DNA of 64,000 nt, from the NCBI GenBank assembly GCA_964016885.1, contig OZ024745.1:1674001-1738000 (forward strand), given 5' to 3'. The position numbers and the translations under genes are program-made. Positions 18,101-33,479 of this stretch are shown piece after piece (positions within the stretch are counted from its first letter, which is position 1; every line of letters starts with the position of its first letter). The notes under the pieces were generated by a model. The model saw only the letters and a program-made list of their open reading frames with translations. It ran no database searches and was not told the DNA's origin. Source of the DNA: Eledone cirrhosa. Its lineage: Eukaryota.

Positions 18101-21100
18101 CACTGACAGACCACACCACCCAGGACACTGACAGACCACACCACCCAGGACACTGACAGACGACACCAACCAGGACACTGACAGACCACACCACCCAGGA
18201 CACTGACAGACCACACCAATCAGGACACTGACAGACCACACCACCCAGGACACTGACAGACCACACCACCCAGGACACTGACAGACCACACCACCCAGGA
18301 AACTGACAGACGACACCAACCAGGACACTGACAGACCACACCACCCAGGACACTGACAGACCACACCACCCAGGACACTGACAGACCACACCACCCAGGA
18401 CACTGACAGACCACACCAACCAGGACACTGACAGACGACACCACCCAGGACACTGACAGACCACACCACCCAGGACACTGACAGACGACACCACCCAGGA
18501 CACTGACAGACGACACCACCCAGGACACTGACAGACGACACCACCCAGGACACTGACAGACGACACCACCCAGGACACTGACAGACCACACCACCCAGGA
18601 TACTGACAGACCACACCACCCAGGACACTGACAGACCACACCACCCAGGACACTGACAGACGACACCACCCAGGACACTGACAGACCACACCACCCAGGA
18701 CACTGACAGACCACACCACCCAGGACACTGACAGACCACACCACCCAGGACACTGACAGACCACACCACCCAGGACACTGACAGACGACACCAACCAGGA
18801 CACTGACAGACCACACCACCCAGGACACTGACAGACCACACCAATCAGGACACTGACAGACCACACCACCCAGGACACTGACAGACCACACCACCCAGGA
18901 CACTGACAGACCACACCACCCAGGACACTGACAGACCACACCAACCAGGACACTGACAGACGACACCACCCAGGACACTGACAGACGACACCACCCAGGA
19001 CACTGACAGACGACACCACCCAGGACACTGACAGACGACACCACCCAGGACACTGACAGACCACACCACCCAGGACACTGACAGACGACACCACCCAGGA
19101 CACTGACAGACCACACCACCCAGGATAATGACAGACCACACCACCCAGGACACTGACAGACGACACCACCCAGGACACTGACAGACGACACCACCCAGGA
19201 CACTGACAGACCACACCACCCAGGACACTGACAGACGACACCACCCAGGACACTGACAGACCACACCACCCAGGACACTGACAGACGACACCACCCAGGA
19301 CACTGACAGACGACACCACCCAGGACACTGACAGACCACACCACCCAGGACACTGACAGACCACACCACCCAGGACACTGACAGACGACACCACCCAGGA
19401 CACTGACAGACCACACCACCCAGGACACTGACAGACCACACCACCCAGGACACTGACAGACCACACCACCCAGGACACTGACAGACCACCCCACCCAGGA
19501 CACTGACAGACGACACCACCCAGGACACTGACAGACCACACCACCCAGGACACTGACAGACCACACCACCCAGGACACTGACAGACCACACCAACCAGGA
19601 CACTGACAGACCACACCACCCAGGACACTGACAGACGACACCACCCAGGACACTGACAGACGACACCACCCAGGACACTGACAGACCACACCACCCAGGA
19701 CACTGACAGACGACACCACCCAGGACACTGACAGACGACACCACCCAGGACACTGACAGACGACACCACCCAGGACACTGAAACACCACACCACCCAGGA
19801 CACTGACAGACCACACCACCCAGGACACTGAAAGACGACACCACCCAGGACACTGACAGACGACACCACCCAGGACACTGACAGACCACACCACCCAGGA
19901 TACTGACAGACGACACCACCCAGGACACTGACAGACCACACCACCCAGGACACTGACAGACGACACCAACCAGGACACTGACAGACCACACCACCCAGGA
20001 TACTGACAGACCACACCACCCAGGACACTGACAGACGACACCACCCAAGACACTGACAGACCACACCACCCAGGACACTGACAGACGACACCACCCAGGA
20101 CACAGACAGACGACACCACCCAGGACACTGACAGACCACACCACCCAGGACACTGACAGACCACACCACCCAGGACACTGACAGACGACACCACCCAGGA
20201 CACTGACAGACGACACCACCCAAGACACTGACAGACCACACCACCCAGGACACAGAAAGACCACACCAACCAGGACACTGACAGACCACACCACCCAGGA
20301 CACTGACAGACGACACCACCCAGGACACTGACAGACCACACCACCCAGGACACTGACAGACGACACCACCCAGGACAATGACAGACCACACCACCCAGGA
20401 CACTGACAGACCACACCACCCAGGACACTGACAGACGACACCACCCAGGACACTGACAGACGACACCACCCAGGACACTGACAGACGACACCACCCAGGA
20501 CACTGACAGACGACACCACCCAGGACACTGACAGACCACACCACCCAGGACACTGACAGACCACACCACCCAGGACACTGACAGACCACACCACCCAGGA
20601 CACTGACAGACGACACCACCCAGGACACTGACAGACCACACCACCCAGGACACTGACAGACCACACCACCCAGGACACTGACAGACCACACCACCACCCA
20701 GGAAACTGACAGACCACACCACCCAGGACACTGACAGACGACACCCCCCAGGACACTGACAGACGACACCACCCAGGACACTGACAGACCACACCACCCA
20801 GGACACTGACAGACGACACCACCCAGGACACTGACAGACGACACCACCCAGGACACTGACAGACGACACCACCCAGGACACTGAAACACTACACCACCCA
20901 GGACACTGACAGACCACACCACCCAGGACACTGAAAGACGACACCACCCAGGACACTGACAGACGACACCACCCAGGACACTGACAGACGACACCACCCA
21001 GGACACTGACAGACGACACCACCCAGGACACTGAAAGACCACACCACCCAGGACACTGACAGACCACACCACCCAGGACACTGACAGACCACACCAACCA

Positions 21101-21700
21101 GGACACTGACAGACCACACCAACCAGGACACTGACAGACCACACCACCCAGGACACTGACAGACCACACCACCCAGGACACTGACAGACGACACCAACCA
21201 GGACACTGACAGACCACACCACCCAGGAAACTGACAGACGACACCAACCAGGACACTGACAGACCACACCACCCAGGACACTGACAGACCACACCACCCA
21301 GGACACTGACAGACCACACCACCCAGGACACTGACAGACCACACCAACCAGGACACTGACAGACGACACCACCCAGGACACTGACAGACCACACCACCCA
21401 GGACACTGACAGACGACACCACCCAGGACACTGACAGACGACACCACCCAGGACACTGACAGACGACACCACCCAGGACACTGACAGACGACACCACCCA
21501 GGACACTGACAGACCACACCACCCAGGATACTGACAGACCACACCACCCAGGACACTGACAGACCACACCACCCAGGACACTGACAGACGACACCACCCA
21601 GGACACTGACAGACCACACCACCCAGGACACTGACAGACCACACCACCCAGGACACTGACAGACCACACCACCCAGGACACTGACAGACCACACCACCCA
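15190..21700. repeat. Higher-order duplication: ~15190-18150 repeated at ~18743-21700 (offset 3553 = 142 units + 3)
   Basis: Shared markers: CCAATCAGG 15291/18844, GATAATGAC 15571/19124, CCA insertion followed by GGAAACT 17148/20701, GAAACACTAC ~17330/20883. Confidence 0.9.
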
Positions 21701-22750
21701 GGACACTGACAGACCACACCACCCAGGACACTGACAGACGACACCACCCAGGACACTGACAGACCACACCACCCAGGACACTGACAGACCACACCACCCA
21801 GGACACTGACAGACGACACCACCCAGGACACTGACAGACCACACCACCCAGGACACTGACAGACGACACCACCCAGGACACTGACAGACGACACCACCCA
21901 GGACACTGACAGACCAAACCACCCAGGACACTGACAGACCACACCACCCAGGACACTGACAGACGACACCACCCAGGACACTGACAGACCACACCACCCA
22001 GGACACTGACAGACCACACCACCCAGGACACTGACAGACCACACCACCCAGGACACTGACAGACCACACCACCCAGGACACTGACAGACGACACCACCCA
22101 GGACACTGACAGACGACACCACCCAGGACACTGACAGACCACACCACACAGGACACTGACAGACGACACCACCCAGGACACTGACAGACGACACCACCCA
22201 GGACACTGACAGACGACACCACCCAAGACACTGAAACACCACACCACCCAGGACACTGACAGACCACACCACCCAGGACACTGAAAGACGACACCACCCA
22301 GGACACTGACAGACGACACCACCCAGGGCACTGACAGACGACACCACCCAGGACACTGACAGACGACACCACCCAGGACACTGAAAGACCACACCACCCA
22401 GGACACTGACAGACCACACAACCCAGGACACTGACAGACGACACCAACCAGGACACTGACAGACCACACCAACCAGGACACTGACAGACCACACCACCCA
22501 GGACACTGACAGACCACACCACCCAGGACACTGACAGACCAAACAACCCAGGACACTGACAGACCACACCAACCAGGACACTGACAGACGACACCACCCA
22601 GGACACTGACAGACCACACCACCCAGGACACTGACACACCACACCACCCAGGACACTGACAGACCACACCACCCAGGACACTGACAGACGACACCACCCA
22701 GGACACTGACAGACCACACCACCGAGGACACTGACAGACCACACCACCCA

Positions 22751-24680
22751 GGACATTGACAGACGACACCACCCAGGACACTGACAGACCACACCACCCA
22801 GGACACTGACAGACCACACCACCCAGGACACTGACAGACCACACCACCCAGGACACTGACAGACCACACCACCCAGGACACTGACAGACGACACCACCCA
22901 GGACACTGACAGACGACACCACCCAGGACACTGACAGACCACACCACCCAGGACACTGACAGACGACACCACCCAGGACACTGACAGACGACACCACCCA
23001 GGACACTGAAACACCACACCACCCAGGACACTGACAGACGACACCACCCAGGACACTGAAAGACGACACCACACAGGACACTGACAGACGACACCACCCA
23101 GGACACTGACAGACGACACCACCCAGGACACTGACAGACGACACCACCCAGGACACTGAAAGACCACACCACCCAGGACACTGACAGACCACACCACCCA
23201 GGACACTGACAGACCACACCAACCAGGACACTGACAGACCACACCAACCAGGACACTGACAGACCACACCACCCAGGACACTGACAGACCACACCACCCA
23301 GGACACTGACAGACGACACCAACCAGGACACTGACAGACCACACCACCCAGGACACTGACAGACCACACCAATCAGGACACTGACAGACCACACCACCCA
23401 GGACACTGACAGACCACACCACCCAGGACACTGACAGACCACACCACCCAGGACACTGACAGACCACACCAACCAGGACACTGACAGACGACACCACCCA
23501 GGACACTGACAGACGACACCACCCAGGACACTGACAGACGACACCACCCAGGACACTGACAGACGACACCACCCAGGACACTGACAGACCACACCACCCA
23601 GGACACTGACAGACGACACCACCCAGGACACTGACAGACCACACCACCCAGGATAATGACAGACCACACCACCCAGGACACTGACAGACGACACCACCCA
23701 GGACACTGACAGACGACACCACCCAGGACACTGACAGACCACACCACCCAGGACACTGACAGACGACACCACCCAGGACACTGACAGACCACACCACCCA
23801 GGACACTGACAGACGACACCACCCAGGACACTGACAGACGACACCACCCAGGACACTGACAGACCACACCACCCAGGACACTGACAGACCACACCACCCA
23901 GGACACTGACAGACGACACCACCCAGGACACTGACAGACCACACCACCCAGGACACTGACAGACCACACCACCCAGGACACTGACAGACCACACCACCCA
24001 GGACACTGACAGACCACCCCACCCAGGACACTGACAGACGACACCACCCAGGACACTGACAGACCACACCACCCAGGACACTGACAGACCACACCACCCA
24101 GGACACTGACAGACCACACCAACCAGGACACTGACAGACCACACCACCCAGGACACTGACAGACGACACCACCCAGGACACTGACAGACGACACCACCCA
24201 GGACACTGACAGACCACACCACCCAGGACACTGACAGACGACACCACCCAGGACACTGACAGACGACACCACCCAGGACACTGACAGACGACACCACCCA
24301 GGACACTGAAACACCACACCACCCAGGACACTGACAGACCACACCACCCAGGACACTGAAAGACGACACCACCCAGGACACTGACAGACGACACCACCCA
24401 GGACACTGACAGACCACACCACCCAGGATACTGACAGACGACACCACCCAGGACACTGACAGACCACACCACCCAGGACACTGACAGACGACACCAACCA
24501 GGACACTGACAGACCACACCACCCAGGATACTGACAGACCACACCACCCAGGACACTGACAGACGACACCACCCAAGACACTGACAGACCACACCACCCA
24601 GGACACTGACAGACGACACCACCCAGGACACAGACAGACGACACCACCCAGGACACTGACAGACCACACCACCCAGGACA
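22751..24680. repeat. Third copy of the block ~14670-16600 (offset 8081)
   Basis: Shared markers: GACATT 14675/22756, CACAGG 14991/23072, CCAATCAGG 15291/23372, GACACAGAC ~16547/24628. Similarity ends near the CTG duplication at 24681-24686. Confidence 0.85.
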
Positions 24681-27600
24681 CTGCTGACAGACCACACCAC
24701 CCAGGACACTGACAGACGACACCCCCCAGGACACTGACAGACGACACCACCCAGGACACTGACAGACGACACCACCCAGGACACTGACAGACCACACCAC
24801 CCAGGACACTGACAGACGACACCACCCAGGACACTGACAGACCACACCACCCAGGATACTGACAGACCACACCACCCCGGACACTGACAGACGACACCAC
24901 CCAGGACACTGACAGACCACACCACCCAGGACACTGACAGACGACACCACCCAGGACACTGACAGACCACACCACCCAGGACACTGACAGACCACACCAC
25001 CCAGGACACTGACAGACGACACCACCCAGGACACTGACAGACCACACCACCCAGGACACTGACAGACGACACCACCCAGGACACTGACAGACGACACCAA
25101 CCAGGACACTGACAGACCACACCAACCAGGACACTGACAGACCACACCAACCAGGAAACTGACAGACCACACCACCCAGGTCACTGACAGACCACACCAC
25201 CCAGGACACTGATAGACCACACCACCCAGGACACTGACAGACGACACCACCCAGGACACTGACAGACCACACCACCCAGGACACTGACAGACGACACCAC
25301 CCAGGACACTGACAGACGACACCAACTAGGACACTGACAGACCACACCACCCAGGACACTGACAGACCACACCACCCAGGACACTGACAGACCACACCAC
25401 CCAGGACACTGACAGACGACACCACCCAGGACACTGACAGACGACACCACCCAGGACACTGACAGACCACACCACCCAGGACACTGACAGACGACACCAC
25501 CCAGGACACTGACAGACGACACCACCCAGGACACTGACAGACGACACCACCCAGGACACTGAAACACCACACCACCCAGGACACTGACAGACCACACCAC
25601 CCAGGACACTGAAAGACGACACCACCCAGGACACTGACAGACGACACCACCCAGGACACTGACAGACGACACCACCCAGGACACTGACAGACGACACCAC
25701 CCAGGACACTGAAAGACCACACCACCCAGGACACTGACAGACCACACCACCCAGGACAGTGACAGACCACACCAACCAGGACACTGACAGACCACACCAC
25801 CCAGGACACTGACAGACCACACCACCCAGGACACTGACAGACCACACCACCCAGGACACTGACAGACGACACCAACCAGGACACTGACAGACCACACCAC
25901 CCAGGACACTGACAGACCACACCACCCAGGACACTGACAGACGACACCAACCAGGACACTGACAGACCACACCACCCAGGACACTGACAGACCACACCAA
26001 CCAGGACACTGACAGACCACACCACCCAGGACACTGACAGACGACACCACCCAGGACACTGACAGACGACACCACCCAGGACACTGACAGACGACACCAC
26101 CCAGGACACTGACAGACGACAACACCCAGGACACTGACAGACGACACCACCCAGGACACTGACAGACGACACCACCCAGGACACTGACAGACCACACCAC
26201 CCAGGACACTGACAGACGACACCACCCAGGACACTGACAGACGACACCACCCAGGATACTGACAGACCACACCACCCAGGACACTGGCAGACGACACCAC
26301 CCAGGACACTGACAGACCACACCACCCAGGACACTGACAGACGACACCACCCAGGACACTGACAGACCACACCACCCAGGACACTGACAGACCACACCAC
26401 CCAGGACACTGACAGACCACACCACCCAGGACACTGACAGACCACACCACCCAGGACACTGACAGACCACACCACCCAGGACACTGACAGACCACACCAC
26501 CCAGGACACTGACAGACGACACCACCCAGGACACTGACAGACGACACCACCCAGGACACTGACAGACCACACCACCCAGGACACTGACAGACGACACCAC
26601 CCAGGACACTGACAGACCACACCACCCAGGACACTGACAGACGCCACCACCCAGGACACTGACAGACGACACCACCCAGGACACTGACAGACCACACCAC
26701 CCAGGACACTGACAGACCACACCACCCAGGACACTGACAGACGACACCACCCAGGACACTGACAGACCACACCACCCAGGACACTGACAGACCACACCAC
26801 CCAGGACACTGACAGACCACACCACCAAGGACACTGACAGACCACACCACCCAGGACACTGACAGACCACACCACCCAGGACACTGACAGACGACACCAC
26901 CCAGGACACTGACAGACCACACCACCCAGGACACTGACAGACCACACCACCCAGGACACTGACAGACCACACCACCCAGGACACTGACAGACCACACCAC
27001 CCAGGACACTGACAGACGATACCACCCAGGACACTGACAGACGACACCACCCAGGACACTGACAGACCACACCACCCAGGACACTGACAGACGACACCAC
27101 CCAGGACACTGACAGACGACACCACCCAGGACACTGACAGACGACACCACCCAGGACACTGAAACACCACACCACCCAGGACACTGACAGACCACACCAC
27201 CCAGGACACCGAAAGACGACACCACCCAGGACACTGACAGACGACACCACCCAGGACACTGAAAGACCACACCACCCAGGACACTGACAGACCACACCAC
27301 CCTGGACACTGACAGACGACACCAACCAGGACACTGACAGACCACACCAACCAGGACACTGACAGACCACACCAACCAGGACACTGACAGACGACACCAC
27401 CTAGGACACTGACAGACGACACCACCCAGGACACTGACAGACGACACCACCCAGGACACTGACAGACGACACCACCCAGGACACTGACAGACCACACCAC
27501 CCAGGACACTGACAGACGACACCACCCAGGACACTGACAGACCACACCACCCAGGACACTGACAGACCACACCACCCAGGACACTGACAGACGACACCAC

Positions 27601-30600
27601 CGAGGACACTGACAGACCACACCACCCAGGACACTGACAGACCACACCACCCAGGACACTGACAGACCACACCAACCAGGACACTGACAGACCACACCAC
27701 CCAGGACACTGACAGACCACACCACCCAGGACACTGACAGACCACACAACCCAGGACACTGACAGACCACACCAACCAGGACACTGACAGACCACACCAC
27801 CGAGGACACTGACAGACCACACCACCCAGGACACTGACAGACGACACCACCCAGGACACTGACAGACCACACCACCCAGGACACTGACAGACCACACCAC
27901 CCAGGACACTGACAGACGACACCAACCAGGACACTGACAGACCACACCAACCAGGACACTGACAGACCACACCAACCAGGACACTGACAGACGACACCAC
28001 CTAGGACACTGACAGACGACACCACCCAGGACACTGACAGACGACACCACCCAGGACACTGACAGACGACACCACCCAGGACACTGACAGACGACACCAC
28101 CCAGGACACTGACAGACCACACCACCCAGGACACTGACAGACCACACCTCCCAGGACACTGACAGACCACACCACCCAGGACACTGACAGACGACACCAC
28201 CCAGGACACTGACAGACGACACCAACCAGGACACTGACAGACCACACCAACCAGGACACTGACAGACCACACCAACCAGGACACTGACAGACCACACCAC
28301 CCAGGATACTGACAGACCACACCACCCAGGACACTGACAGACCACACCACCCAGGACACTGACAGACCACACCACCCAGGACACTGACAGACCACACCAC
28401 CCAGGACACTGACAGACGACACCACCCAGGACACTGACAGACGACACCACCCAGGACACTGACAGACCACACCACCCAGGACACTGACAGACGACACCAC
28501 CCAGGACACTGACAGACGACACCACCCAGGACACTGACAGACGACACCACCCAGGACACTGAAACACCACACCACCCAGGACACTGACAGACCACACCAC
28601 CCAGGACACTGAAAGACGACACCACCCAGGACACTGACAGACGACACCACCCAGGACACTGACAGACGACACCACCCAGGACACTGACAGACGACACCAC
28701 CCAGGACACTGAAAGACCACACCACCCAGGACACTGACAGACCACACCACCCAGGACACTGACAGACCACACCAACCAGGACATTGACAGACCACACCAA
28801 CCAGGACACTGACAGACCCCACCACCCAGGACACTGACAGACCACACCACCCAGGACACTGACAGACGACACCAACCAGGACACTGACAGACCACACCAC
28901 CCAGGACACTGACAGACCACACCAACCAGGACACTGACAGACCACACCACCCAGGACACTGACAGACCACACCACCCAGGACACTGACAGACCACACCAC
29001 CCAGGACACTGACAGACCACACCAACCAGGACACTGACAGACGACACCACCCAGGACACTGACAGACGACAACACCCAGGACACTGACAGACGACACCAC
29101 CCAGGACACTGACAGACGACACCACCCAGGACACTGACAGACCACACCACCCAGGACACTGACAGACGACACCACCCAGGACACTGACAGACCACACCAC
29201 CCAGGATACTGACAGACCACACCACCCAGGACACTGACAGACGACACCACCCAGGACACTGACAGACCACACCACCCAGGACACTGACAGACGACACCAC
29301 CCAGGACACTGACAGACCACACCACCCAGGACACTGACAGACCACACCACCCAGGACACTGACAGACGACACCACCCAGGACACTGACAGACCACACCAC
29401 CCAGGACACTGACAGACGACACCACCCAGGACACTGACAGACCACACCTCCCAGGACACTGACAGACCACACCACCCAGGACACTGACAGACCACACCAC
29501 CCAGGACACTGACAGACCACACCACCCAGGACACTGACAGACGACACCACCCAGGACACTGACAGACGACACCACCCAGGACACTGACAGACCACACCAC
29601 CCAGGACACTGACAGACGACACCACCCAGGACACTGACAGACGACACCACCCAGGACACTGACAGACGACACCACCCAGGACACTGAAACACCACACCAC
29701 CCAGGACACTGACAGACCACACCACCCAGGACACTGAAAGACGACACCACCCAGGACACTGACAGACGACACCACCCAGGACACTGACAGACGACACCAC
29801 CCAGGACACTGACAGACGACACCACCCAGGACACTGAAAGACCACACCACCCAGGACACTGACAGACCACACCACCCAGGACACTGACAGACCACACCAA
29901 CCAGGACATTGACAGACCACACCAACCAGGACACTGACAGACCCCACCACCCAGGACACTGACAGACCACACCACCCAGGACACTGACAGACGACACCAA
30001 CCAGGACACTGACAGACCACACCACCCAGGACACTGACAGACCACACCAACCAGGACACTGACAGACCACACCACCCAGGACACTGACAGACCACACCAC
30101 CCAGGACACTGACAGACCACACCACCCAGGACACTGACAGACCACACCAACCAGGACACTGACAGACGACACCACCCAGGACACTGACAGACGACAACAC
30201 CCAGGACACTGACAGACGACACCACCCAGGACACTGACAGACGACACCACCCAGGACACTGACAGACCACACCACCCAGGACACTGACAGACGACACCAC
30301 CCAGGACACTGACAGACCACACCACCCAGGATACTGACAGACCACACCACCCAGGACACTGACAGACGACACCACCCAGGACACTGACAGACCACACCAC
30401 CCAGGACACTGACAGACGACACCACCCAGGACACTGACAGACCACACCACCCAGGACACTGACAGACCACACCACCCAGGACACTGACAGACGACACCAC
30501 CCAGGACACTGACAGACCACACCACCCAGGACACTGACAGACGACACCACCCAGGACACTGACAGACCACACCTCCCAGGACACTGACAGACCACACCAC

Positions 30601-33479
30601 CCAGGACACTGACAGACGACACCACCCAGGACACTGACAGACGACACCAACCAGGACACTGACAGACCACACCAACCAGGACACTGACAGACCACACCAA
30701 CCAGGACACTGACAGACCACACCACCCAGGATACTGACAGACCACACCACCCAGGACACTGACAGACCACACCACCCAGGACGCTGACAGACCACACCAC
30801 CCAGGACACTGACAGACCACACCACCCAGGACACTGACAGACGACACCACCCAGGACACTGACAGACGACACCACCCAGGACACTGACAGACCACACCAC
30901 CCAGGACACTGACAGACGACACCACCCAGGACACTGACAGACGACACCACCCAGGACACTGACAGACGACACCACCCAGGACACTGAAACACCACACCAC
31001 CCAGGACACTGACAGACCACACCACCCAGGACACTGAAAGACGACACCACCCAGGACACTGACAGACGACACCACCCAGGACACTTACAGACGACACCAC
31101 CCAGGACACTGACAGACGACACCACCCAGGACACTGAAAGACCACACCACCCAGGACACTGACAGACCACACCACCCAGGACACTGACAGACCACACCAC
31201 CCAGGACACTGACAGACGACACCAACCAGGACACTGACAGACCACACCACCCAGGACACTGACAGACCACACCAACCAGGACACTGACAGACGACACCAC
31301 CTAGGACACTGACAGACGACACCACCCAGGACACTGACAGACGACACCACCCAGGACACTGACAGACGACACCACCCAGGACACTGACAGACCACACCAC
31401 CCAGGACACTGACAGACCACACCACCCAGGACACTGACAGACGACACCAACCAGGACACTGGCAGACCACACCAACCAGGACACTGACAGACCACACCAA
31501 CCAGGACACTGACAGACGACACCACCTAGGACACTGACAGACGACACCACCCAGGACACTGACAGACGACACCACCCAGGACACTGACAGACGACACCAC
31601 CCAGGACACTGACAGACGACACCACCCAGGACACTGACAGACCACACCACCCAGGACACTGACAGACCACACCTCCCAGGACACTGACAGACCACACCAC
31701 CCAGGACACTGACAGACGACACCACCCAGGACACTGACAGACGACACCAACCAGGACACTGACAGACCACACCAACCAGGACACTGACAGACCACACCAA
31801 CCAGGACACTGACAGACCACACCACCCAGGATACTGACAGACCACACCACCCAGGACACTGACAGACCACACCACCCAGGACACTGACAGACCACACCAC
31901 CCAGGACACTGACAGACCACACCACCCAGGACACTGACAGACGACACCACCCAGGACACTGACAGACGACACCACCCAGGACACTGACAGACCACACCAC
32001 CCAGGACACTGACAGACGACACCACCCAGGACACTGACAGACGACACCACCCAGGACACTGACAGACGACACCACCCAGGACACTGAAACACCACACCAC
32101 CCAGGACACTGACAGACCACACCACCCAGGACACTGAAAGACGACACCACCCAGGACACTGACAGACGACACCACCCAGGACACTGACAGACGACACCAC
32201 CCAGGACACTGACAGACGACACCACCCAGGACACTGAAAGACCACACCACCCAGGACACTGACAGACCACACCACCCAGGACACTGACAGACCACACCAA
32301 CCAGGACATTGACAGACCACACCAACCAGGACACTGACAGACCACACCACCCAGGACACTGACAGACCACACCACCCAGGACACTGACAGACGACACCAA
32401 CCAGGACACTGACAGACCACACCACCCAGGACACTGACAGACCACACCAACCAGGACACTGACAGACCACACCACCCAGGACACTGACAGACCACACCAC
32501 CCAGGACACTGACAGACCACACCACCCAGGACACTGACAGACCACACCAACCAGGACACTGACAGACGACACCACCCAGGACACTGACAGACGACAACAC
32601 CCAGGACACTGACAGACGACACCACCCAGGACACTGACAGACGACACCACCCAGGACACTGACAGACCACACCACCCAGGACACTGACAGACGACACCAC
32701 CCAGGACACTGACAGACCACACCACCCAGGATACTGACAGACCACACCACCCAGGACACTGACAGACGACACCACCCAGGACACTGACAGACCACACCAC
32801 CCAGGACACTGACAGACGACACCACCCAGGACACTGACAGACCACACCACCCAGGACACTGACAGACCACACCACCCAGGACACTGACAGACGACACCAC
32901 CCAGGACACTGACAGACCACACCACCCAGGACACTGACAGACCACACCACCCAGGACACTGACAGACGACACCACCGAGGACACTGACAGACCACACCAC
33001 CCAGGACACTGACAGACCACACCACCCAGGACACTGACAGACCACACCAACCAGGACACTGACAGACCACACCACCCAGGACACTGACAGACCACACCAC
33101 CCAGGACACTGACAGACCACACAACCCAGGACACTGACAGACCACACCAACCAGGACACTGACAGACCACACCACCGAGGACACTGACAGACCACACCAC
33201 CCAGGACACTGACAGACGACACCACCCAGGACACTGACAGACCACACCACCCAGGACACTGACAGACGACACCACCCAGGACACTGACAGACCACACCTC
33301 CCAGGACACTGACAGACCACACCACCCAGGACACTGACAGACGACACCACCCAGGACACTGACAGACGACACCAACCAGGACACTGACAGACCACACCAA
33401 CCAGGACACTGACAGACCACACCAACCAGGACACTGACAGACCACACCACCCAGGATACTGACAGACCACACCACCCAG

